Assembly: GCA_014763895.1 (NCBI GenBank)
Contig: JACXUM010000003.1
Coordinates: forward strand, 13,429-77,428
Direction of reading: 5' to 3'
DNA from: Campylobacterales bacterium
GTDB taxonomy: Bacteria > Campylobacterota > Campylobacteria > Campylobacterales > Sulfurovaceae
Length of the DNA stretch: 64,000 nucleotides
This document shows, in pieces, positions 20,529 through 29,856 of this stretch. Every line of letters begins with the position of its first letter. Positions within the stretch are counted from its first letter, which is position 1. The position numbers and the translations under genes were made by a program. Under the pieces are notes generated by a model that saw nothing but the letters and a program-made list of their open reading frames with translations, made no database searches and was not told the DNA's origin.

Positions 20529-21725
20529 ATGTTTAAATTTACCTGTTCTCTTCTCTGCTCTCTATTTATTTTCGCCTATTCTGAACCTGTCAATATGCTC
20601 TCACTACAGGAAGGTACCTTACCGGTAAAAGTCCCGCCTACCTACAGCGGATGGGACGCTCAAAATCTGCTTGATGACAGTCCTCAATCGGGTTGGGCGT
20701 GCGAATCCGGACATATTGCAGACAATGTATTTGTTTTTGAAATGGCTGAACCCACCACTTTTGAACGGTTCGAATTTGACAATACTTCGGTAGATGCCGA
20801 GAAAGCAGGGGCAAAAGAGATACTAGTAGAAGTATCTACTACATCACCGGGCAACGGCTTCATTCCTGTATTGGAGACAACACTTGCAGACAAGAAGGAT
20901 GGTCAAAGCTTCCCGGTAATATCCAAAACACCGGCACGCTGGATACGTCTTACCATTAAAAACAATCAAGGCAGTAACGAATGGACCGAACTTTTTTCTT
21001 TCAAAGGCTTTGCAGAGAGACCTGCCATACCTAAACCTGCCGATATTTCAGGCATCTATGAAACATCTTATTCTCTTTTTCACGTACTTCAATAAGGAAC
21101 TGCCCTAACGGGGTGTTACGAATATAATGAAGGACTGCTAAACGGTACCATCGAAGGTAGGGTTATGAAGATCACATGGAAAGAATCAGGCGAAGATAAT
21201 ACAGGACCGGCAATATTTGTTTTTTCGCATGACGGCAAATCCTTCCGTGGGTTTTGGTGGCGGAAAGGATCAGAAATGGGTCCGCCTAACGGTAACTGGG
21301 AAGGTAAAAAACTTTCCACAAAAGTTGGAAAGTGTCCGCATTGGACCGGTTCTGTGGAGGGAGAGTTGAAAAAGCAGCTAAGCTCAGAAAAACGTGCCAG
21401 ACTATATGGTATTTTGTTTGATTTTAATTTAGACGTAATTCGTCACGAATCAAAACCTGTTCTTGATGAAGTCGCGGATCTTCTACATAGTGAACCTGAC
21501 TGGCACTTGACAATAGAAGGACATACCGATGATATCGGCTCGGATGATAAGAATCAACTGCTTTCCCAACATCGTGCAGAGGCCGTCAAAACCTACCTGG
21601 TAAAAGCCGGTATAGATGGTTCACGGCTTACTACCGTAGGATACGGAGAAACAAAACCGGTTACCGATAATAATACCGAATTGGGACGGGCACAAAACCG
21701 AAGAGTGGAACTCGTACGACAATAG
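20529..21725 (+). pseudogene. OmpA-family envelope protein with discoidin-like N-domain, interrupted by in-frame TAA (21093..21095)
   Basis: ORFs 20436..21095 and 21165..21725 are in the same frame, separated by one TAA; translation is continuous across it (...FHVLQ*GTALTGCYEYNEGLLNGTIEGRVMKITW...); signal peptide at MFKFTC; C-terminal OmpA motif TIEGHTDDIGS...NRRVEL. Confidence 0.8.
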
Positions 21726-21779
21726 CCGCACGAGTCTGACTAAAATAAAGATTCTTTTGAGTGAACTGGTTGTTGATAG

Positions 21780-22456
21780 TTAAGACGATATCTTGATAAA
21801 GGTATGGTCGTAGCCATGTTGCTTGACCAAATTATAAAGTTTGTAAGCATTGTCGGTATGCAATCTCACACAACCATGAGAAGCTCTACACCCAAGACTG
21901 CGAACATACTCTGTTCCGTGTATCGCAAACCCCTCTTTAAAAAATACAGCATAAGGCATCGGGGAGTTGTAAAACTGTTTTGAAAGATGAAGTTTTTCGG
22001 TATGGTACGGTTTGTAATATCCTGTAGGCGTAACGTACCCTTCTGCAGCCGTGGAAACAAACCATGAATATACCAAGGTATCACCTTTATAGACATTCAT
22101 GATCTGATCGGAGATATCGACTTTGACATAGATATCACCACTGAGTGTTGGAATTCGACGCTCTCTTTCTTTCATATGAGCTTCATATTCTTTTTGCTTT
22201 TGAACAAGTTTGTCTTTCTCTTGTTGAACTACCTTCTCTTTTTTCTGATAGGTTTTGATCAGATCTTCATACGCTTTGATACGGCTGTGGTTGAAGTATT
22301 TCTCTTGTTCTTCTGCAAGTTTCTCTTTAAGCAGTATTTTTGCTTATGCACGATAAACAATTCTGTATCCACGCGCATCATTTCGGCACGATCGTCCTGG
22401 ATATTGGCCTGCATGTATGTCATGAAAAAAGGTATAAAAAGCAATGATTTTTTCAT
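21780..22456 (-). pseudogene. L,D-transpeptidase (YkuD), signal-peptide exon separated by a frameshift in an A5 run
   Basis: Catalytic ORF 21780..22175 (HGT...ASHGCVRL) has no signal peptide. Its frame stays open upstream to 22343 (K/E-rich linker). ORF 22259..22456 encodes MKKSLLFIPFFMTYMQA. The two frames join if the A5 run (plus-strand T5, 22337..22341) were A6. Confidence 0.7.
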
Positions 22457-22622
22457 TGAACGGTCTCTCACTCTATTAAAAATTCGCGAATTATACATTT
22501 TATACCCAATGAAGAGTTAAATATTTACCATTATTGTCAAGCAGACTTTTTTATCCTATGTAGAAATACTATATTAATTTTCCGCTATACTTTTCCAAAC
22601 AAATTGAATCCAAAGAGTATCC

Positions 22623-24242
22623 ATGAACCTTTTATCCAAAAGTGTGCCAGTAGAAGAATCGATCGAAAAAATGCAGTCTGCTTTGTCAAATATGGGATGT
22701 GAGCCTATTTTTTCACAGGAAAAACATCCTCTAGAACACTGCTACTCGGTCAATCTTGCTTCCGTTGAAGCGCCAAGACACATTTACTCAAACGGAAAAG
22801 GGATCAATTCGCAGGCATCGGTCGCAAGCGCTTTGGGTGAATACATAGAACGTCTTCAGACCAATAATTTCTTCATCGATTTCTACCTGCCAGGACGCAA
22901 ACATTATCCCGATGAGATTGCATTTGATTTTGGCGGGAACTATCTAAATGATGCATTGTTCGAAATCTATGATCCGCATGACGAGCTGAGCGACAAAGAC
23001 CTTATAGACTACAACAGCGACTACGACGACAAAATAGTCGCTTTGCCCTTCATAGAGTATGCAACGAAAGAAAATGTCTATATCCCCCAAAATATCCTCA
23101 GCAATCTCTATGTCAGTAACGGTATGGCAACGGGTAATACATCACAGGAAGCGCAGGTTCAGGCGCTCAGCGAGATCTTCGAACGCCATGCCAAGATAGA
23201 GATCATCAAAAACGGTTATGCCTTGCCATCTTTTCCAAATGAAGTATTGCAATCTTTCAAGAACGTCTATCAGGATGTCCTGAAGTTGCGTGAACTGGGT
23301 TATATCGTAGAGGTACTTGATGCATCCTTGGGGGGTCAGTTCCCTGTAACGGCCATCTCTTTGATCAATCCACAAAATGCCTCACTATTCGTTTCATTCG
23401 GCGCCCATCCGATCCTACAGGTATCCCTCGAGCGGACTATGACCGAACTGATGCAGGGACGGGGGCTGAACGATCTGGATGCATTCGAAAAACCAACGTT
23501 TGATATGAGCCTTGTGACAAGCAGTTTCAACCTCGAATCACACTTCATTGACTCCAACGGCAAACTGGGGTTTGGTTTCCTATCCGCCCAAAAAAGTTTT
23601 ACCTATACGCCGTGGCAATATCAAGGCAACGGAACCCAGGATGAACTGGAATATCTTCTTGGCATTTTAGAGACTATCGGCAAAGAGATGTACATCAGGG
23701 AGTATGATTATCTTGGATTCTACTCCTGTCAGATCATCGTTCCTGACTTTTCCGAGATCTATCCCGTCGAAGACCTGGTTTACAACAATAAAAATGCCGG
23801 AAAACAGATCAGAGAGATGGTCCTCCATTTTGAGACATATGATCCAGAAGAGATACTTGAAGCAGTTGAGCCGCTCGATGAATCGATCGATATGGAAAAC
23901 TATATCGGTGTCATTTTTGAACATAATTTTACTATGGCTGACTTCAAAGCCCAGATTTACCTTCTGATGGAAGAATGGGAAAATGCGCTGATGTTTTTAG
24001 AATCCAGTTCAAATCCTCTCAGCTATATCGTCGCAGAATTGATACGAATGGAAGAAGCGGGATATGCGTTCGAAGATTTTGAAGATGCCTTGGGGATGGT
24101 CTACACACCGCAAAAAGTTCAAAAAGCCATTGCTATCCTATCAGGCAAAGAATCTCTCATCGATACGACACTGCATAAAGACTACCTTCAAATGCTTGAG
24201 ATGTATGACCGTTTGGAACAGAAAAAACAGCAAGCTGGCTAA
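22623..24242 (+). CDS. ycaO: YcaO-family protein, E. coli YcaO type with C-terminal TPR-like domain
   Basis: 539 aa; N-terminus SNGKG...ASALGEYIERLQTNNFFIDFYLP parallels E. coli YcaO TNGKG...ASALGEYFERLSTNYFF (recalled). Confidence 0.85.
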   Translation: MNLLSKSVPVEESIEKMQSALSNMGCEPIFSQEKHPLEHCYSVNLASVEAPRHIYSNGKGINSQASVASALGEYIERLQTNNFFIDFYLPGRKHYPDEIAFDFGGNYLNDALFEIYDPHDELSDKDLIDYNSDYDDKIVALPFIEYATKENVYIPQNILSNLYVSNGMATGNTSQEAQVQALSEIFERHAKIEIIKNGYALPSFPNEVLQSFKNVYQDVLKLRELGYIVEVLDASLGGQFPVTAISLINPQNASLFVSFGAHPILQVSLERTMTELMQGRGLNDLDAFEKPTFDMSLVTSSFNLESHFIDSNGKLGFGFLSAQKSFTYTPWQYQGNGTQDELEYLLGILETIGKEMYIREYDYLGFYSCQIIVPDFSEIYPVEDLVYNNKNAGKQIREMVLHFETYDPEEILEAVEPLDESIDMENYIGVIFEHNFTMADFKAQIYLLMEEWENALMFLESSSNPLSYIVAELIRMEEAGYAFEDFEDALGMVYTPQKVQKAIAILSGKESLIDTTLHKDYLQMLEMYDRLEQKKQQAG

Positions 24243-24283
24243 ACCGGGATGACTATCAAACGACGTACGCTCACATGGTAAAA

Positions 24284-24472
24284 TTACATACCTCTAAACA
24301 TAAACATATGAAAAATTCCGCCAAACACCGTACCAAAAAATGCAAATACAAAATAAATTATAATGAGCGCCGGGATAGATGCCAATGCTAGCTTGACCAA
24401 TAGTACTACCAAATCTATAAATGGTATATCAATCCCACGAATAATCACTTTCTTAATATCGTCATTCATCAT
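24284..24472 (-). CDS. small membrane protein (62 aa)
   Basis: Two hydrophobic helices; co-directional downstream of mltD; no family recognised. Confidence 0.4.
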   Translation of the reverse strand: MMNDDIKKVIIRGIDIPFIDLVVLLVKLALASIPALIIIYFVFAFFGTVFGGIFHMFMFRGM

Positions 24473-24582
24473 TTTTTACTCCATTTCCATCACTTTAATT
24501 TATTATAGCTGATTTTTAAAAATGATCTTCTCGCTAGATACAGAATATCATCAAAAGTCTCATAAATCATCTTGACATTTTT

Positions 24583-25671
24583 TTATTTCTTCGCGGAATA
24601 CCGTACAAACACCTTACCGTTCACAGGAATCACGAGAAACTGTCCTAAAGTCAGGTACTCTTCTTCGAGATGGTTGACCTTTTTGATCTCTTCAGCCGTA
24701 CTTTCATACTTCCTGGCAATGCTCTCAAGGGTCTCTCCCAGCACAACGATGTGCGAGATCATATAGGGTTTGATCGGCTCAGCCTCTTGGGGCACTTCGT
24801 AACGCAGATAGAACACGATCAGCTTTTCTTCGGGGATCGTAATCGGATAGATTTGTTTATCTTCCGGCACTACACCGTTTTTGAAGTGACTATTGAGTGT
24901 CTTAAGACGCGCTGAATCCATCTCAAGCATCATAGCCAGCGTATCCAAACGGGTACCACCCAGTACTTCGACCTGCAAAACCCCTTTATTGACCGGTTCA
25001 AAATCCATTGAGATCCCCTCGCCTATCATCGCAACAAGCAATATTTTTTTTATGTAATCACGTGTCTCTTTGGGAAGATATCGCCTTTCTTCATCAAGCA
25101 ATACACTGAGTTCATCGCTTCCTGCATCTTCGATGGCCTTTGTCAAACGGCCCTCTCCGCAATTGTAAGCCATAGCTGCAAGATACCATTTGCCAAACTG
25201 ACGATGCAGTTTCTGAAGGTAACTGATAGCTGCATTTGTGGAGGTTACCGGATCACATCGCTCGTCCACGTCGGAGCAAACTTCAAGGTTATAGTATTTT
25301 GCTGTCGCAGGAACAAACTGCCAAAGACCGACAGCATTTTTAGGGGATGAAGCGGAAATGGAAAGCCCAGATTCTACGATGGAGAGATAGACGAAAAGAT
25401 CCGAAAGGCCGTCTTCAAGCAGATATCCCTTCATCATCGGCAGGAGATCTTTACCCCGCTTGAGCGAATATTTATAAAAATGTTCGATCTGTTTTTCATG
25501 CATCAAAACAAACCGTTCAAAATTATCATCATAAATGTAGGAGTCTTCAACGCCAAATTCAGAAAAGACATACCGATAGCTGGGGTATTTATCAGCTATG
25601 GAAACTGCTGAAGCAAAAAGAGGCATCGCCCAACCAAGCAGAACGATGAATGATACCCTTATGAAGAACAT
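24583..25671 (-). CDS. mltD: membrane-bound lytic murein transglycosylase D-like (SLT + LysM)
   Basis: Signal peptide; SLT catalytic IVESGLS...AVGLWQF; C-terminal LysM (HIVVLGETLESIARKY). Confidence 0.88.
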   Translation of the reverse strand: MFFIRVSFIVLLGWAMPLFASAVSIADKYPSYRYVFSEFGVEDSYIYDDNFERFVLMHEKQIEHFYKYSLKRGKDLLPMMKGYLLEDGLSDLFVYLSIVESGLSISASSPKNAVGLWQFVPATAKYYNLEVCSDVDERCDPVTSTNAAISYLQKLHRQFGKWYLAAMAYNCGEGRLTKAIEDAGSDELSVLLDEERRYLPKETRDYIKKILLVAMIGEGISMDFEPVNKGVLQVEVLGGTRLDTLAMMLEMDSARLKTLNSHFKNGVVPEDKQIYPITIPEEKLIVFYLRYEVPQEAEPIKPYMISHIVVLGETLESIARKYESTAEEIKKVNHLEEEYLTLGQFLVIPVNGKVFVRYSAKK

Positions 25672-25677
25672 TTTATA

Positions 25678-26448
25678 TTAGATCCCGAAAAGTCGATGGG
25701 CATTCATGGTAGTCAACGTTTCGATAGCATCTTGCGACATTCCACTAAGCTCGCTCATCTTCTGAGCCACAAAGGTTGTATAGGACGGTTCATTCCTCTC
25801 TCCACGATGGGGATGGGGTGTAAGGTAAGGGGCATCAGTCTCTATAAGCAGTCTATCCTCTGGTATCTTTGGATAGACCTGAATGAGTTTACGTGCATTT
25901 TTAAACGTCAACACCCCACCGATACCAAAATAAAAATTGCGTTTTGCCAGTTTCAAGAGCTGTTCGTCCGCATTGTAACAATGCAGTACACCGCCCTCTT
26001 CTCCGGCATATTCTTCAAGCAGTGCCATGCTGTCCAAACTTGCATCTCTAATATGTACGATCAAAGGTTTTTTAAGCTTCTTAGCCAAAAGAATCTGATC
26101 GATAAAGACTTCTTTTTGCAGCTTTTTTTCGGCTTCGATCTCTTCTTGCGATTCAGGAAGCCTGAAATAATCCAAGCCACATTCTCCGATCGCTACACAT
26201 TTAGGATGCGTAGCAAACTTTTCCAAATACGTTCTATCGTACGATAGGGCATCATAAGGATGAACGCCTACGGCAAAATATACATTCTCATATCGTTCGG
26301 CTATCTCAACGGCCTTTTGGAGTGTTTTCGGGTCTGCTCCGGGAATAATGAATTTTTCAATACCTTTTGCATGTGCATTTTGCAGTACTTCATCCAGATC
26401 TTTTTCATAACACATATCATCAAGATGGCAATGTGTATCTATAATCAT
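25678..26448 (-). CDS. tatD: TatD-family metal-dependent hydrolase
   Basis: IIDTHCHLD start, GECGLDY, HIRDA, ETDAPYL motifs. Confidence 0.93.
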   Translation of the reverse strand: MIIDTHCHLDDMCYEKDLDEVLQNAHAKGIEKFIIPGADPKTLQKAVEIAERYENVYFAVGVHPYDALSYDRTYLEKFATHPKCVAIGECGLDYFRLPESQEEIEAEKKLQKEVFIDQILLAKKLKKPLIVHIRDASLDSMALLEEYAGEEGGVLHCYNADEQLLKLAKRNFYFGIGGVLTFKNARKLIQVYPKIPEDRLLIETDAPYLTPHPHRGERNEPSYTTFVAQKMSELSGMSQDAIETLTTMNAHRLFGI

Positions 26449-26561
26449 ATAAACCCTGTTTTTTATTTGGATTATAGCAAATTTGCCTATTATTTCAAAA
26501 AAGTCTTGATTGTAAAGGCTAAATAGGCTATAGTTAATGATAAGCTAAGAAGGGGAGTCGG

Positions 26562-27224
26562 ATGCTTGGTTATATTTTTTTGTCACTATTGATTGGATTG
26601 ATCATTTGGGTTATTTATCAAGAATACCAAAATGAAAAGGCTTATCAACGAAAAAGGGAAGCCCAAAGACAACAAAATCTCAAACAAACGTCTATCAAAC
26701 CAAAAGAAACACCTCCCGTAACCGTTCCTGCAAAAGAAATACCCAAACCCTTGGTTGAGACCATACCGGAGATCAAAGAAGAAATACCGTCGGAAACTCC
26801 TATTATTGAGCCAACTGTAAAAGAGGAAATAACACCACCGGAAGTTCCGCTTGAACAGCTACCAGAAATTGTCACCACCACTCCGCTACCCGAATGCAAT
26901 TATCCTCCGTTCAATCATACCAGACTACTTGAAATGGGACTTTCAGAAAATGAAGCCAAAGAATTCATCGGGGAACTGATAACTCAGGTAGATGCACAAA
27001 TACCGTTGATAGAAGAAGCATTACAGATACCTGATTTTCATAAACTTGAACGTCTCACTCACAGCATCAAAGGTTCTGCTACCAATCTGGGAACGGGTGG
27101 CCTATCGGACTTGCTTGTCGATTACAATACTTACCTTAAAAAAAATGAGGAACTTCCGATCATCAACGCCTATCAAGGGCATTTAAAACGCTGTCTGAAC
27201 GATCTTAAAGAACAGTACGCTTAA
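26562..27224 (+). CDS. membrane-anchored Hpt (histidine phosphotransfer) domain protein
   Basis: N-terminal TM helix, about 90-aa Pro/Glu-rich linker, C-terminal Hpt motif HSIKGSATNLG. Confidence 0.75.
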   Translation: MLGYIFLSLLIGLIIWVIYQEYQNEKAYQRKREAQRQQNLKQTSIKPKETPPVTVPAKEIPKPLVETIPEIKEEIPSETPIIEPTVKEEITPPEVPLEQLPEIVTTTPLPECNYPPFNHTRLLEMGLSENEAKEFIGELITQVDAQIPLIEEALQIPDFHKLERLTHSIKGSATNLGTGGLSDLLVDYNTYLKKNEELPIINAYQGHLKRCLNDLKEQYA

Positions 27225-28753
27225 GCATTTCGAATCTTCTTGGCAAATGCCAATGCCTGGGAGGTCGGATTTTCTCCGCCGATGATCCTGGCGATCTCTT
27301 GTATCCTTTCCTCTTCATCAAGTTCTTTGACCATACTTTTATCACTCTCTTTTACCACGACAAAGTGCTGGCTTGCTTTCGCTGAGAGATGAGGCTGATG
27401 GGATATGGCAAAGATTTGATATATTTTTGAAAGTTCTGAGATCATCTGGGCTATCGCAATGGATTCATCCCCGCTGACATTCGCATCGATCTCATCCAGG
27501 ATCAGAATGCCTTGTGTATGAGTACCTTCGTTGATCGTTGAAGCCATCAATGCCAGACGCAGACGGTTAAACTCTCCGCCGCTGAGCGTCAAGGTCTTGG
27601 AATTTCCCAACATGATATCCAGTTTATCTATCCCTTTTTCGTACAATGCTTCACTTTCAAATACAAAGTTTAATGCAGGAAGCTTTAAAGTCTGTAAATA
27701 CGTTTCGATCCTCTTTTCAAGTCTTTTGGCTTCCTGTTTTCTTAGCTGTGACATCTTATATGCAAGGACATTTAGCTCCGAAAACTCCATCGCTAAAAAC
27801 GACTCAAGCAGTGTTTTATCCTGGGTAATATTACGATAGCCTTCCAGCTCTTCTTTTTTTCGCTCTTTATATGCCAATGCTTTCTCGATAGAGCCATACC
27901 GGTTTTTTAACATATTGAGCTCACTCAGCCTATCAAGGACCTCTTCTACATTGATCTCTTCAAGCTCATCGCTTAGACTTTGTGCATCTTCAAAATCAGC
28001 CCTGAGCTGATTCATCGCATCACTGAAAATAGAACCGTCTTTATCAAGCAGGCGGTAAACTTCTTCTACACTGTTTTCATAAGCGAATAGACCCTGAGCT
28101 GTCTTTAATGCATCTTTAACCTTATCGATACGAGAAAGCTGTTGCTTGATCCGCATCAACTCTTCTTCTTCATTTACTTTGGGGTTTATTTTCTCGATCT
28201 TCTCGATCTCATAGGTAGCAAACTCGATCAATTCGGCAAGTTTCGCTTCATTTTCTTTGATCTTTCGAAGCTGTTCTGCTTTAGCTCGATAGTTCTCATA
28301 CCGTTTTTGATACTCTTTGAGAAACTTTTTAAAGTCACTGTCTTTACCTGACAACGCATTATCAATCATATCCAAAAGCGTTGAGGATTCAAATCCTCCT
28401 TTATCCCGTACACTCAGATATTTTACATAAGGTTCAAAAAGTTCGGTCAGCATTTTTTTAGATACGTTCTGTCCGTCCAGATAGTAACGAACTTTCTCTT
28501 TTTTTAAAGTCTTAATGGTCAGCTCATCTTCCAGTTCGTACAGATCACTTTGAAGCTTTTTGGGCCGTTGCAATGTCACTTCGCAAAGAGTTGCCATTCC
28601 AAGTGTCGGATAACCAAAACTTGAAAGTATCGCAGAGATCAAAACCGATTTTCCGGCTCCACTCGGTCCGGTCAAAACAACAAGACCTTTCGAAAATTCC
28701 AATTCAGCTTCTTCAAAACTGACAAGTTCGCGCAGATAGAGTCTGTCGATCAA
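27221..28753 (-). CDS. recN: DNA repair protein RecN
   Basis: 510 aa; Walker A GPSGAGKS, long coiled coil, LSGGEFNRL signature, Walker B ILILDEID. Confidence 0.92.
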   Translation of the reverse strand: MIDRLYLRELVSFEEAELEFSKGLVVLTGPSGAGKSVLISAILSSFGYPTLGMATLCEVTLQRPKKLQSDLYELEDELTIKTLKKEKVRYYLDGQNVSKKMLTELFEPYVKYLSVRDKGGFESSTLLDMIDNALSGKDSDFKKFLKEYQKRYENYRAKAEQLRKIKENEAKLAELIEFATYEIEKIEKINPKVNEEEELMRIKQQLSRIDKVKDALKTAQGLFAYENSVEEVYRLLDKDGSIFSDAMNQLRADFEDAQSLSDELEEINVEEVLDRLSELNMLKNRYGSIEKALAYKERKKEELEGYRNITQDKTLLESFLAMEFSELNVLAYKMSQLRKQEAKRLEKRIETYLQTLKLPALNFVFESEALYEKGIDKLDIMLGNSKTLTLSGGEFNRLRLALMASTINEGTHTQGILILDEIDANVSGDESIAIAQMISELSKIYQIFAISHQPHLSAKASQHFVVVKESDKSMVKELDEEERIQEIARIIGGENPTSQALAFAKKIRNA

Positions 28754-29628
28754 CTTTTATCTCCCCATGAAAGTTTTTCTCGAAGTACGCTAAAATAATT
28801 TCTTTCGGTTCTGTGTAAAAGTCTTGCCCCTATCTTTGCACCCTCGACTATCAATACATCACCTGGCTGCATCTCATAATCGTCTTGACCGTCTATCATA
28901 GCAACCACTATATCCTCTTCCGAAGTAAGTTCGATTGTAAAGTCCGCGGGTAAGACCAAAGGCCTTTGACCTAATGAATGGGCACAAATCGGCGTCATGA
29001 TGAACGCTTTGGTCAACGGGTACATCACAGGACCGCCTGCTGCAAGATTATAGGCAGTCGAACCTGTCGGCGTTGAAATGATCAAACCATCCCCCCGATA
29101 GGTATTGAACCAATCACCGTCTATAGAAGCATCGATCTTTACCATTTTGGAGATCGTAGGACGTGTGATAACGACATCATTAAAAGCATAAAAACTTTTT
29201 TTCCCTTCTGCCGTTTTAATATACCCCTCGATCATCATACGCTCATCGATACGATAATTTTCAGCTTGCATCTGTCCTAGAAAATTATCTACTTCATCGA
29301 TGGTAATATCGGCTAAAAAACCCAGATGTCCAGCATTAATACCCATCACAGGCTTATGGTAACCGTAACTGCGTCTAACAAGAGAAAGCAGCGTTCCATC
29401 TCCTCCCAATGAAACAAGAAAATCAGATTTTTGACAGATTTCATTGAAAGGAAGACCCTCTACTCCTATCATACGACCTGAACGTTCAGCTATCAATACT
29501 TCAATGCCTCTTGATTCAAACTGTTTTTTGATCTTTTCATATAACGGTTTGATTTCCGGTGAGTTAGGCTTAAGGATGAATCCAGCCGTTTTTATCTGTG
29601 CCAATTTTCCCAACTTTTTCTTCTCCAA
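28750..29628 (-). CDS. nadK: NAD kinase
   Basis: GGDGTLL, NAGHLGFL, STPTGSTAYNL motifs; 4-nt overlap with recN. Confidence 0.95.
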   Translation of the reverse strand: MEKKKLGKLAQIKTAGFILKPNSPEIKPLYEKIKKQFESRGIEVLIAERSGRMIGVEGLPFNEICQKSDFLVSLGGDGTLLSLVRRSYGYHKPVMGINAGHLGFLADITIDEVDNFLGQMQAENYRIDERMMIEGYIKTAEGKKSFYAFNDVVITRPTISKMVKIDASIDGDWFNTYRGDGLIISTPTGSTAYNLAAGGPVMYPLTKAFIMTPICAHSLGQRPLVLPADFTIELTSEEDIVVAMIDGQDDYEMQPGDVLIVEGAKIGARLLHRTERNYFSVLREKLSWGDKS

Positions 29629-29856
29629 ACTTTTCTAGCATTAGAGTAACATAGTTTTGCTTTGTTGATTTGTTCTAAATTATACTCAATAGGTATTCTA
29701 TATCCTTTATTAAAAAACAGGGTCAAAATGTGTCAATTTGTCATAACTATAACAACAAATCAATAACGGGTATTTCCCCGATTTTACTTACCTGAATTTA
29801 TATCTAATCAACTATTCGATATAATCGCCTCAAACTTTAAAGTTAGAGGATTTTTC

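Noticed and set aside
22176-22520. 114-aa plus-strand ORF upstream of the L,D-transpeptidase.
   Set aside because: It is antisense to the signal-peptide and linker part of the frameshifted transpeptidase gene. The Phe/Leu-rich translation is a mirror of the K/E-rich coding strand.
22623-24472. YcaO locus as a thiopeptide/azoline RiPP cluster, with the 62-aa ORF as precursor.
   Set aside because: The YcaO is the long E. coli-type form with a TPR-like C-terminus. There is no cyclodehydratase partner or dehydrogenase. The 62-aa ORF is convergent and is a hydrophobic membrane protein, not Cys/Ser/Thr-rich.
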